64,000 nucleotides of DNA, from the NCBI GenBank assembly GCA_963701095.1, contig OY969564.1, positions 1,440,001 to 1,504,000 of the forward strand. Direction: 5' to 3'. Within the stretch, counting starts at the first letter, position 1; every line of letters starts with the position of its first letter. The position numbers and the translations under genes were made by a program. Origin of the DNA: an uncultured Methanoregulaceae archaeon (GTDB taxonomy: Archaea > Halobacteriota > Methanomicrobia > Methanomicrobiales > Methanospirillaceae). Under the pieces are notes generated by a model. It did no database searches, was not told the origin of the DNA, and was given only the letters and a program-made list of their open reading frames with translations. This document shows, piece after piece, positions 1-9,730 of this stretch.

Positions 1-1
1 C

Positions 2-1768
2 GGAGATCATTTAAAGGAATGCAGTGATCTTGGGATACCTCTTGTAGGAGTGGGATTCATGTACTCTGAGGGGTACCTCCACCAGCACATCCTACCAGAC
101 GGATGGCAGGATAACATCACTGAAATGCTGGACCGGGATGCAACACCCATTACCCGTGTACTTGACGCATCAGGCAATCAGATGATTATACACGTGCCCT
201 TCATTACTCCGGAGATATTCGCGGCTGTATGGAGAGTGCAGGTAGGGAAAATTCCGCTGTACCTTCTTGATACGGACATCCCCCGGAATATTCCGGAAAA
301 CCGGACTATATCGCACCGACTGTACGCCGAACAGACCGAGCAGCGATTAAAACAAGAAATTGTCCTTGGAATTGGCGGTAGAAAAATGCTTGGCGAGCTG
401 GGTATATCGTTTTCTGCAGTTCACCTCAACGAAGGTCACCCGGCCTTCGCCCAGCTCGAAGGGATCCGGGAACGAGTTTCATCGGGTATGAATTTTACAA
501 CGGCCCTCGATCAAGTAAGGGGGACCGCCGTTTTTACAACCCATACACCGGTGGCTGCCGGAAATGACATCTTCCCCCGGGACCTCATAGACAAATATTT
601 TGCCAGTTATTACCCCCAGCTGGGAATCGATAGGGACACTTTTTTCGAACTGGGTCATCATCCCTGTGATGAGGGCACCGGGTTCAACATGACTGCATTT
701 GCTCTTAAACTCACCCAGTACCATAACGGGGTATCAAAAAAACATGGCGACATTGCCCGGGGTATGTGGCGATGCCTGTGGCCGAACCTGAAAGTGGAAG
801 AAGTCCCGATCGACAATATCACCAACGGTGTTCATATACCGACATGGCTAAATCCCCGGATGGATACGCTTTATTCAAAATATTTCGATTGTATTGATCC
901 CCACTGGCATATGAATCACGACAACCCGGACATCTGGCAGGTCATTGACGAAGTCCCAGACAAGGAACTCTGGACACTGCATATCTGGCTTAAACAGAAA
1001 CTCTTCAACAGGATCCGGGAAAAAAAACGTATCAAATGGGAAAAAGAGTTAAACCAACCTGCAAACCTAGTCGCAGAAGGGATGATGCTTAACCCTTCAG
1101 TTCTCACAATAGGATTTGCCCGCCGGTTTTCCTCATATAAACGGGCTGATCTTATTTTCCAGGACCAAGCCCGGCTCCGGCGGATTCTCAACGATCCCTG
1201 GAGGCCGGTTCAGATTATTTTTGCCGGAAAAGCCCACCCGGCTGATAACGAAGGAAAAATAATTTTAAAGCGGATTTACGAATTTGCCGGGAAACCAGAG
1301 TTCGGCGGCAGGATAGGGTTTGTCGAGGATTACGGAGAACAGATGGCCCAGTACCTGGTTCACGGGGTCGACGTCTGGATGAATAATCCAGTCCCCCCCA
1401 TGGAGGCCTGTGGGACAAGCGGTATGAAGGCTTCCTTAAACGGGGTATTGAACCTGAGTGTCCTTGATGGGTGGTGGATTGAAGGATACAATGGCAAAAA
1501 CGGTTGGGCTTTTGAAGGCGATCCCAATCCTGCAACCAGAGATGCATCCGATGCCGCAGCCCTTTACAATATCCTTGAAAAAGAAGTAGTACCGCTTTAC
1601 TATTCTTCATCCATCGATGGAATACCCCACGGTTGGGTAAAAATGATGAAAGAGACCGTTAAAAGTACAGCCGCCACCTTTTCCGCTCGTCGTATGGTCA
1701 AGGAGTATGTTACAAAATACTATCCGTCTCTTGTTGCATGTGCAGAGAATGAATGTAAAATTGAATAG
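2..1768 (+). CDS. glgP: alpha-glucan (glycogen) phosphorylase, 5' end truncated by window
   Basis: Frame open from window start (GDHLKECSDLGIPLVGVG). Motifs HLNEGH, FTTHTPV, GFARRF..YKRA, AGKAHPAD and EACGTSGMKA (PLP lysine). Confidence 0.95.
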   Translation, partial: GDHLKECSDLGIPLVGVGFMYSEGYLHQHILPDGWQDNITEMLDRDATPITRVLDASGNQMIIHVPFITPEIFAAVWRVQVGKIPLYLLDTDIPRNIPENRTISHRLYAEQTEQRLKQEIVLGIGGRKMLGELGISFSAVHLNEGHPAFAQLEGIRERVSSGMNFTTALDQVRGTAVFTTHTPVAAGNDIFPRDLIDKYFASYYPQLGIDRDTFFELGHHPCDEGTGFNMTAFALKLTQYHNGVSKKHGDIARGMWRCLWPNLKVEEVPIDNITNGVHIPTWLNPRMDTLYSKYFDCIDPHWHMNHDNPDIWQVIDEVPDKELWTLHIWLKQKLFNRIREKKRIKWEKELNQPANLVAEGMMLNPSVLTIGFARRFSSYKRADLIFQDQARLRRILNDPWRPVQIIFAGKAHPADNEGKIILKRIYEFAGKPEFGGRIGFVEDYGEQMAQYLVHGVDVWMNNPVPPMEACGTSGMKASLNGVLNLSVLDGWWIEGYNGKNGWAFEGDPNPATRDASDAAALYNILEKEVVPLYYSSSIDGIPHGWVKMMKETVKSTAATFSARRMVKEYVTKYYPSLVACAENECKIE

Positions 1769-1852
1769 AGTTCACAGCGTGAATGCAGGATAAAAGTATA
1801 TTTTCTCTGAGGAAAAACGGAATAAACTGCAAAAAAAAGGAAATATTCCTTT

Positions 1853-2059
1853 TTAGCATTCATCAAGCATCTTCTTGATCATTCGCATAGTTTCGATCTT
1901 GAACTGGAAATGCTTGATCATCTCTTCTTTCATCATTATCTTCCCGTCAAGCATACGTTTTGCGAGCGTCTTTTTTTGGTCATCAGTTAACGAGTCCCAC
2001 ATCTCCTGCATCATCATTTCATGCTGCTGCATCATTCCGGGGTTCATTCCTTCGTGCAT
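1853..2059 (-). CDS. small Met-rich helical hypothetical protein (68 aa)
   Basis: ATG at 2059 preceded by strong SD GAGGAGGT; sequence MHEGMNPGMMQQHEMMMQEMWDSLTDDQKK... Confidence 0.7.
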   Translation of the reverse strand: MHEGMNPGMMQQHEMMMQEMWDSLTDDQKKTLAKRMLDGKIMMKEEMIKHFQFKIETMRMIKKMLDEC

Positions 2060-2310
2060 AAAACATCTACCTCCTCTTCTTTTTCCGGAAAACCGGACAC
2101 ACTCGAGCTTCTCGGAAATAAAGATATAATTTTGTCCAGATTTCATCGGATGTCACATGTATCATAGGTATAGAAAAGAGGGAATCAGCATGTCCTGGAC
2201 CCTGTCATTTTTTTCTTATTTCACGCCGTTTCCTTTTATCTCATTTTTTGAAACACATAAGAACGTTTAAATAATGTCACTTGATTTTTATCTATACGGA
2301 ATTCTAAAAA

Positions 2311-4737
2311 ATGATTCGTGGAAAGGCGGGAGTGAATCCTGAAGCTGACTCCAATGATGACCATGAACCTGATAGGTTTGTAAATATCGTTAAGATAAAA
2401 AAAGCGGGGGGTACATTCAGCTTTCCTTATATCCAGGAAATTCCCCACTACCGCCAAACAGAAGAGCGACTCAAAATTGAAACCGAAAAACTCAATATCC
2501 TTGCAGAGACTGCCCGGTTGCTGATGAGTTCGGAAAAGCCTGAACGCGTGGTACAGATAATTGGGGAACGGGTTATGCAGTTCCTCCATTGTCATTTCTT
2601 TTTTAATTATTTTATCGATGAAAGCGGACAGTATATGCACCTGAATGCTTACGCCGGGATCTCGGCGCATGAAGCAGAAAAAATTTCACCGATGAAGGTT
2701 GGCGACTCAGTCTGCGGCAAAGTTGCCTTGGAGGGAAAGCGGATAATAGAAACCAATATTTCCCAGACTAACAAGGAAATAACCCGCATAATTCGTTCAT
2801 TTGGCGCTTCTGCGTATGTGTGCCATCCGTTGCTCTCCCAGGGTTGTATTCTTGGGACTTTTTCTTTTGGCACTAGGGACAAGACCTCATTTACGAATGA
2901 GGAACTGGACCTGATGCAGGCAGTAACAGATCTTGTTGCCATGGCAATGGCACGGAAAAAAACCGAGGATTCCTTACGCGGGACAAGTCAGTACCTGGAA
3001 AACCTCACACGGTATGCAAATGCCCCTATCATCGTCTGGGACAACCAGTACAGGATTCTGCGGTTCAATAAAGCCTTCGAGTTCCTGACCGGGTTGGCCG
3101 CTGATGATGTTATTGGAAAACCTCTTGGTACCCTCTTTCCGGAAAAATCCAAGGAAAGTTCTATGGAACTTATCCGGAAAACGAGTTATGGGGAACGCTG
3201 GGAGTCGGTTGAGATGCCGGTCAAGCACATTTCCGGCACTACAAAAGTTGTCCTCTGGAATTCGGCAAATGTGTATGATGTAGACGGGGAGACAATAATA
3301 TCCACACTAGCACAGGGACAGGATATAACAGCACGTAAATACGCAGAAGAAACTGCAGAAAAAAACGCTTCTCTGTTGCAGGCGGCTCTTGATTCTACTG
3401 CTGACGGAATTCTTGTAGTTGATAACGAACGGAAAATAACTAGTTACAATAAAAAATTTTGCACGATATGGGGGATCCCCGAAAATAAACTCAATGAAGC
3501 TCAAGAGGCTACAGCACTTTTGTATATTTCGCCGCTTGTGGCTGATATTCAGGAGTTTTCCGTCCGTATGAATGAGCTGTACAACCATCGCGGACGGGAG
3601 AGCTACGATATGGTCAGGCTCATCGATGGCCGGGTTTTCGAGCGATATTCCAAGCCCCAGAAGATCGGCGAAACCATCGTCGGCCGGGTCTGGAGTTACC
3701 GGGATATTACCGAAAGAAGGCACGCCGAGGAGTCCTTGCAGGAAAGTCTTGAAAAATTCCGGATAATTGCTACCAGTACACCCGACCACATTGTAGTCCA
3801 GGATAAAGATCTACGATATACCCTTGTTATAAATCCTCAGCTGGATACGACAGAGAAAGATATGATCGGGAAAACCGATTATGATCTGATATCAAAAGAA
3901 GAGGCTGATACTGTAACTGCCATTAAGAAACGTGTACTGGAAAACGGGACAACGGCTACAAGTGAATTCGCTATTACCGGAGTCAAAGGAGAGAAAAACT
4001 ATTTTATTGGGTCATATGTGCCAAAAAAGAATGCCTCAGGAGAAATCGATGGTATAATCGGATATTTCCGTGATGTTACTGAGACAAAACTTGCCAATGA
4101 AAAGATCCTCGCCGCACTCGGCGAAAAGGAGATTCTTATCCGCGAGATTCACCACCGGGTCAAGAACAACCTCCAGATCATCACCGGCCTTCTTGAAATG
4201 ACAAGATCGAGGACAAATGATCCCATAACTACCGGCATCCTGACCGACATGATGCTAAAAATCAAGACTATGGCCCAGATCCATACTAGGTTGTACCAAA
4301 GTAATCAATCCGGCCAAATCAATATGGGGGCCCAGATCCAGGATATGATGATCGATCTTGCCGGAATCTATGGTAAATCCGGACCTGTGATCAACTCTGA
4401 CGTGGATACGGAAGGGTTTACACTTCCGGTCGATCTTGCAATTCCCTGTGCACTGGCAATTAATGAGATTCTGTCTAATGCATTCATCTATGCCTTCAAA
4501 GGGCGTAAAGAGGGTACGGTCCATGTATCAGCATGGCGGGAAGAAGACCTTATCCATATAATTATCAAGGACGATGGAATCGGTATCCCCCCCGAAGTTG
4601 ATCCTAACACAACTTCCAGTCTGGGATTAAAATTGATCCGCAACCTTGTCCGGCAGCTGCGGGGGACATTATCCATCGAAAGTAACGATAAAGGAACGCT
4701 TATACGCATCGATTTCCCCATAGAAACTAGCGGATGA
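2311..4737 (+). CDS. GAF + three PAS sensor histidine kinase (HisKA_2 type)
   Basis: H-box EIHHRVKNNLQ, N-box NEILSNAF, G-box DDGIG and SLGLKLI; N-terminal GAF (GDSVCGKVA...CHPL) and PAS/PAC repeats ending in DIT/DVT; no TM segment seen. Confidence 0.93.
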   Translation: MIRGKAGVNPEADSNDDHEPDRFVNIVKIKKAGGTFSFPYIQEIPHYRQTEERLKIETEKLNILAETARLLMSSEKPERVVQIIGERVMQFLHCHFFFNYFIDESGQYMHLNAYAGISAHEAEKISPMKVGDSVCGKVALEGKRIIETNISQTNKEITRIIRSFGASAYVCHPLLSQGCILGTFSFGTRDKTSFTNEELDLMQAVTDLVAMAMARKKTEDSLRGTSQYLENLTRYANAPIIVWDNQYRILRFNKAFEFLTGLAADDVIGKPLGTLFPEKSKESSMELIRKTSYGERWESVEMPVKHISGTTKVVLWNSANVYDVDGETIISTLAQGQDITARKYAEETAEKNASLLQAALDSTADGILVVDNERKITSYNKKFCTIWGIPENKLNEAQEATALLYISPLVADIQEFSVRMNELYNHRGRESYDMVRLIDGRVFERYSKPQKIGETIVGRVWSYRDITERRHAEESLQESLEKFRIIATSTPDHIVVQDKDLRYTLVINPQLDTTEKDMIGKTDYDLISKEEADTVTAIKKRVLENGTTATSEFAITGVKGEKNYFIGSYVPKKNASGEIDGIIGYFRDVTETKLANEKILAALGEKEILIREIHHRVKNNLQIITGLLEMTRSRTNDPITTGILTDMMLKIKTMAQIHTRLYQSNQSGQINMGAQIQDMMIDLAGIYGKSGPVINSDVDTEGFTLPVDLAIPCALAINEILSNAFIYAFKGRKEGTVHVSAWREEDLIHIIIKDDGIGIPPEVDPNTTSSLGLKLIRNLVRQLRGTLSIESNDKGTLIRIDFPIETSG

Positions 4738-4741
4738 TACT

Positions 4742-6102
4742 GTGTCAAAGGTCCTTGTTGTAGATGATGAAGCAATTATCACAATGCAGCTCGAAGAGCG
4801 ACTGCATGCCATGGGATATACTGTTGTAGGTATGGCAGCATCAGGAGAGGATGCGATTGAAAAAGCCCGGCGCCTTTCCCCGGACCTTGTCCTTATGGAT
4901 ATTGTTATGCCAGGTAAGCTCAACGGTGTCGAAGCAGCACAAGTGATTGTCGGCGAATTGGATATACCGGTAATTTTTATTACTTCATACGCCGACGACA
5001 CAATTATCGAGAAGGCTAAACAGGTCCGGCCGTATGGTTATATTCTAAAACCCTTTAACGAATTGGAATTGAAAGCGGCAGTTGAAATAGCGCTTTTCAG
5101 GAAAGCTTCAGAAGAGGAAATAAAAAAGAAAGCGGCTGCTTTGCAGAGCACACTTCCTGCCGGGTACCTCCGGAAACAACCGGTATTGCGGATGCAGAAT
5201 ATCTGGCACTCCCTGAGATCAAAACGGTTCTCCTCAAAGACATCTTTTCCGGAATTATCCTCTTTTTATATGTGGATCCATCGGTAAAAGAGCCGATATT
5301 CAAATTCGCCATAGAAGCCGGCATCCAGAAGGGAGGCCGGTTTTTCTTTGCCTACCACCAGTCGGTGCTGCAAAAATATTTTATTGAAGAAATCTCAAAA
5401 GGCCTTCTTTATACGCGACGCATAAAAAAAGGCGAACTTTTTTTCATTCCCCGTATCATTGAAAAATGCACCTCAACCCTTCCACCAGCCGAATCACAAG
5501 GGGGTCTCCAAGTCGTTTTTGATTTTTCCGATACTGAAGAATTTGAGGATATTGTTACTGTGAAAGATATGATCCTCGAAAAAAAGGCATCCGGGGTTCC
5601 TATCACAGGTATTATTGCAGTTAATATGGGAAATCTCGATCATGACCGGATCCGGCTCCTTTCGGAAGGGATCGCCAAAATTATAATTTCCACGGGCAGG
5701 GACACAACCATTTCCTTTACCCACAACTCATTTCCTGCTGAAGCAATCACGGTCGTTCCCCAGTCTACTATAGAAGACGTAGTAAAGAAACTGCTTGAAC
5801 CGGTTATCTTATCGACATTGGAAAAACCGATTTCCGGATTCGATATTGTGCACGAAATCCATAACCGGTATAAGGTCCTTATTCCCCAAGCGCGGATTTA
5901 TTCATTCCTTTATGAGCTCCAGAAAAGAGGATATCTTGAGATGAAAGTTTCCGGCAAATCCAAACTCTACTACCCAACTGTTGCCGGCAAAAAATTCATA
6001 CGGCAGCGGCTAAACGAATTCAAGTTCGTTTTCCAACACATTATCGGAGCCGAAACGGAGGCAGAACAAAGGAATGATTTAAATTCTCCACAAACGAAAT
6101 GA
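4742..6102 (+). CDS. response regulator: receiver + MEDS-like middle domain + C-terminal PadR-type winged HTH; one -1 frameshift between ~5086 and ~5167
   Basis: Receiver motifs VVDDE, LMDI, IFITS, LKPF. The downstream frame (ORF 5272-6102) is open back to 5086 and ends in a PadR-like segment (ILSTLEKPISGFDIV...IYSFLYELQKRGYL...YYPTVAGK). Confidence 0.8.
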
Positions 6103-6273
6103 CGGATTTATTATTCCAAATCTTGAAACAATATCTATAATCTCTGCATAACTATTTCACCTAGCATAGATGATTGAGGTTGCATGCGAACCCTTTTTAG
6201 TCCTGCCCGACAGGGTTCCGGGCGCCCGGTAGATCTTCTTACATTTTTTCACGATACTATAAGCGGGAATGAT

Positions 6274-6546
6274 ATGATCAAACCAAAGAAACAAAAAAAG
6301 ATAAAACAAACTGCTAAAACTCCCCCTACAGAGATTTCCAGAACTCCTAAATCAATCTATGTCAGGTGTCTGTTAAACGGAATTTCCGAGGAAAAGATTA
6401 GAATAGATCTGGAGCATAACAGGCTGACCATATCTGCTGCAAACGATGACGAAATTATTCTGAAAAAAATTAAAGTTCCTTCAGGATCGTATATCAGCAG
6501 CAAAAAATTTCACGAAGGCGTATTGGAAATTCTTCTCGAACGATAA
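6274..6546 (+). CDS. small Hsp20/alpha-crystallin-like protein (divergent)
   Basis: NGISEEKIRIDL...LTISA...FHEGVLEI pattern of the alpha-crystallin domain. Confidence 0.7.
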   Translation: MIKPKKQKKIKQTAKTPPTEISRTPKSIYVRCLLNGISEEKIRIDLEHNRLTISAANDDEIILKKIKVPSGSYISSKKFHEGVLEILLER

Positions 6547-6603
6547 TTGTAAAAACATCTTATAATTTTTCTGTATTGTCAGGTGTTCTTCTTCTATCAT
6601 AAA

Positions 6604-6654
6604 TGTTTCAAAATATGTTTCAAATTTTGATGTTCAGCAAAGAACCTATACCTT
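6604..6654 (+). promoter_or_regulatory. direct-repeat site TGTTTCAAA-N3-TGTTTCAAA with TATA-like element 22 nt downstream
   Basis: TGTTTCAAA at 6604-6612 and 6616-6624; TATACCTT at 6647. Confidence 0.7.
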
Positions 6655-6702
6655 TTGTTGTGTAGCCCTTACCTGCGGTACACACCAGCACAAGGTGAAA
6701 TT

Positions 6703-7053
6703 ATGGAGGAAAAAACAGAGAAGCTCCTGAAAAAATTCGAGCAGGAGAACGAAACCTACGTGAGTGCAACAGATAAACTGACGTACTGGATCATTTATGC
6801 GAGGATCCCGAAAGGAATGGAAAAAGGAGTCCATAACCTCCACCGCGGAAAAAAATATGTTTCCGGACCAAATGAGGAGGGAAATGTGCTGATTCTTCCA
6901 GATCCGGATAATTCTGAAAATTATGAGGTGGAATCCTGGGGAGAGATGGGAACGATCGATGATTTTGTCCAAAAAGCACTCCCTCGTATCCTGACGGATA
7001 AAAATGAGGCGGATAGCGGGCTGAACGAACGTTGTGGGGCCAGCTGCGGCTGA
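6703..7053 (+). CDS. hypothetical protein with C-terminal CGASCG
   Basis: ATG after AGGTGA SD; 116 aa; first gene of a three-gene unit. Confidence 0.75.
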   Translation: MEEKTEKLLKKFEQENETYVSATDKLTYWIIYARIPKGMEKGVHNLHRGKKYVSGPNEEGNVLILPDPDNSENYEVESWGEMGTIDDFVQKALPRILTDKNEADSGLNERCGASCG

Positions 7054-7081
7054 TCCTTTAAAGAGTCATAGGATGTGAAAA

Positions 7082-7318
7082 ATGAAGACATTACCTCAAT
7101 CACAAAAAATGGTACTTGAGATTCTTGGCACGGGTCGAGCTATGACCCACAAGGAAATTGCAGGAAAAGTGAGTTACTCGCCAAGAACAGTAAGGTATGC
7201 ATTAAAAAAACTCAAAGAAAAGAAACTCCTCATCGAGAAAATGAATCTGCAGGATATGCGCCAGATAATTTACCAGTACCGATTTCAGGAGGCTGCAGCG
7301 GAAAGCTCATCCGGTTAA
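7082..7318 (+). CDS. small winged-HTH (MarR/AsnC-like) transcriptional regulator
   Basis: LPQSQKMVLEIL...MTHKEIA...SPRTVRYALKKLKE HTH signature. Confidence 0.85.
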   Translation: MKTLPQSQKMVLEILGTGRAMTHKEIAGKVSYSPRTVRYALKKLKEKKLLIEKMNLQDMRQIIYQYRFQEAAAESSSG

Positions 7319-7351
7319 CTATACACCATCTCTGGAAAGACAAAGAGGCTT

Positions 7352-8023
7352 ATGAGCAGGACTACACCATTCAGCGCGGTCAACCTTTATCAGGACGTGG
7401 CGGTGGATGCTGAAACCTGGAACCATTTTCCTGACACGGATGTTGTTGATATAACCGTACAAGCCATTAAAAAACGCGGAATAAAAGTTATTCTGGCAGC
7501 GGATGGTGATGAAGCACTTGCTGTAATCAGGAAACTTATTCCTTCCGGTTCGGAAGTCATGTCAGGGTCCTCGACTACTCTTATTGAGATAGGGTTTGAG
7601 GATTATGTTGCCAGGGGAACCAGCGGCTGGATCCTTTTGCATACCAAAATTAATGCCGAAGATGACCCGGTAAAAAGGGCAGAGATTCGAAGAAAATCGG
7701 TTACGGCTGATTATTTTATCTCATCTGCAAACGCGATTGCCCAGACCGGAGAGATCGTTTCTTGCGACGCCACTGGAAGCCGGGTTGGTGCATGGCCTTA
7801 TGCAGCCGGGCACCTTATCCTTGTCGCCGGAATCAATAAAATCGTGCCCACAGTCGAGGATGCTTTGCAACGCATCAGGACGTACGTTTTTCCGCTTGAA
7901 AATGTCCGGGCAATGAAAGCATATGGCACACAGAGCATGATCGGAAAATGTGTGATTCTTGCAAATGAGAAACAGGAAGGACGTATTACTTTGATCCTTG
8001 TCAGCGAATCTCTTGGATATTAG
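7352..8023 (+). CDS. LUD-domain (lactate utilization LutC/YkgG-like) protein
   Basis: GSSTTL, ADYFISSANAI..TGEIV..D.TGSRV, AGINKIVP motifs. Confidence 0.85.
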   Translation: MSRTTPFSAVNLYQDVAVDAETWNHFPDTDVVDITVQAIKKRGIKVILAADGDEALAVIRKLIPSGSEVMSGSSTTLIEIGFEDYVARGTSGWILLHTKINAEDDPVKRAEIRRKSVTADYFISSANAIAQTGEIVSCDATGSRVGAWPYAAGHLILVAGINKIVPTVEDALQRIRTYVFPLENVRAMKAYGTQSMIGKCVILANEKQEGRITLILVSESLGY

Positions 8024-8059
8024 ATGCTGGATTGCCTCTTTTCCAATGGTTAAAGATAC

Positions 8060-8110
8060 TGTTTCAAAAAGTGTTTCAAAATCTGATACTCAGGAAAGAG
8101 TCTATTATCG
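8060..8110 (+). promoter_or_regulatory. direct-repeat site with BRE/TATA-like element upstream of the GH57-GT4 operon
   Basis: TGTTTCAAA at 8060-8068 and 8072-8080; GGAAAG, then TATTATCG at 8103. Confidence 0.7.
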
Positions 8111-8257
8111 TTCCTGAGGAAAAGTCAGGCAGACAGAAGAGTTCACGCTACTGCGATAACGATACCGAAGTATCCGTGAGGTCCATTATCCAAAATCCAA
8201 CAACCCCTCCGGAACGCGGAAGATCAAAATTCAGGTACAGTTTGAGTAAGGACAGGA

Positions 8258-9730
8258 TTGGAGAACGATAAAAAAATGCCAGACATCTGTATCGGGTTCG
8301 AAGTGCACCAGCCTTTCAGGCTTAATCGTTATTTTTCCCCGGATCCAAAAAAAAAGGAAAAGGATCTTGATTCACTCTATTTTGATGCCATTAACCGGGA
8401 AGTGCTGGAACGGGTAGCAGAGAAATGCTACGTGCCGGCCACCAACATCATCCTGGAAAAACTTGATGAGGGGTTCCATTGTACGTTCTCTTTTTCCGGG
8501 ACATTTATCGAGCAGCTGGAGAAATGGAGGCCGGATGTCCTTTCCCTTTTTGACCAAGTAGCAAGGCATAAAAATTCCGAACTGCTCGGCCAGACCTATT
8601 ACCATAGTATCGCCGGCTGTTTTGGAGATAAAACGGAATTTATGGAGCAGGCCGGTATGCATACCGAACTTATGTACGACCTGTTCAGGATCCGGCCGAC
8701 TGTATTTGAAAACACTGAATTCACGTTCAACAACCACATCGCATCCTGCGTAAAAAAAATGGGCTATGCCGGAGTGTTTACTGAAGGAGTTAACCGGATT
8801 CTCGATTGGCGTAGCGCACATCATATCTATACCTGTGATGACGTGCCCGTTCTTCTCCGTGATATACAGCTTTCTGATGATATAGCGTTCCGGTTTGGTA
8901 ACCGGGGCTGGGACAAGTTCCCACTAACTGCAGACACATATGCTGACTGGATTCGCGGTGCGAATGGCGACCTCGTAAATGTCTTTATCGATTACGAGAC
9001 CTTCGGGGAGCATTTCTGGAAAGAGACCGGGATCCTTAATTTCCTTTCCTATCTTCCTGAAGAGCTGGAAAAACGGGGAGTCCGGACGATCCTTCCGTCA
9101 GATGCACTTGAGAGTTACATGCCGGTGGGTACTGTCGACGTGAAGGAAACCATTTCGTGGGCAGATATAGAAAAGGACGCGTCCGCATGGATGGGAAATG
9201 AGCGTCAGCACACAGCATACTCGGCGATACAGAAAGCTGCTGCATTTGCCAAGGATAAGGCCATCTGGCGGTACCTCCAGACAAGCGATCATTTCTATTA
9301 CATGGCGTCGAAGTTCGGAACCTGTGGCGAGGTACATAATTATTTCAGTCACCATGAGGCCAGAGACGCGTTCAAGATCTACATGGCAATCCTTGCCGAT
9401 TTTGAAAACAGGAATATCCGTTTTATGAAAAACAAGCGATCTGCAAAGACCCTGCGCACCCTCCCCCCGGAAGAGGCATTTCATTTTACTTCTCCCACGG
9501 GCTACGTCGGATATGCTGCATATAGTCTCGATCAGTTCTGCGACCTTCTCCGGGTAGTTCCGTCGGATTCGATTGCCTATCACCAGGAACGAGGGGATAT
9601 CGCGCAGTGGATAGAACACACACTCAAAGACCAGAAACTTGCAGAAGATATCATCGGCCGCAGGGACAGACAGGACCTGATTACTACCATCAACCAGAGG
9701 AGAGAGGAGTTATGGAGTCGCTTAGCGTAG
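8258..9730 (+). CDS. glycoside hydrolase family 57 (alpha-amylase type) with C-terminal DUF5752-like domain
   Basis: FEVHQP, QTYYHS, FENTE, LSDDIAFRF, DYETFGEH, LQTSDHFYYM; C-terminal AFHF...AYSL..F...H..RGD...W. Start could be TTG 8258 or ATG 8276. Confidence 0.92.
   Translation: MENDKKMPDICIGFEVHQPFRLNRYFSPDPKKKEKDLDSLYFDAINREVLERVAEKCYVPATNIILEKLDEGFHCTFSFSGTFIEQLEKWRPDVLSLFDQVARHKNSELLGQTYYHSIAGCFGDKTEFMEQAGMHTELMYDLFRIRPTVFENTEFTFNNHIASCVKKMGYAGVFTEGVNRILDWRSAHHIYTCDDVPVLLRDIQLSDDIAFRFGNRGWDKFPLTADTYADWIRGANGDLVNVFIDYETFGEHFWKETGILNFLSYLPEELEKRGVRTILPSDALESYMPVGTVDVKETISWADIEKDASAWMGNERQHTAYSAIQKAAAFAKDKAIWRYLQTSDHFYYMASKFGTCGEVHNYFSHHEARDAFKIYMAILADFENRNIRFMKNKRSAKTLRTLPPEEAFHFTSPTGYVGYAAYSLDQFCDLLRVVPSDSIAYHQERGDIAQWIEHTLKDQKLAEDIIGRRDRQDLITTINQRREELWSRLA

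Noticed and set aside
8032..8271. 79-aa ORF before GH57
   Set aside because: It overlaps the repeat motif and promoter, has a TTG start without an SD and no recognisable domain; likely spurious.
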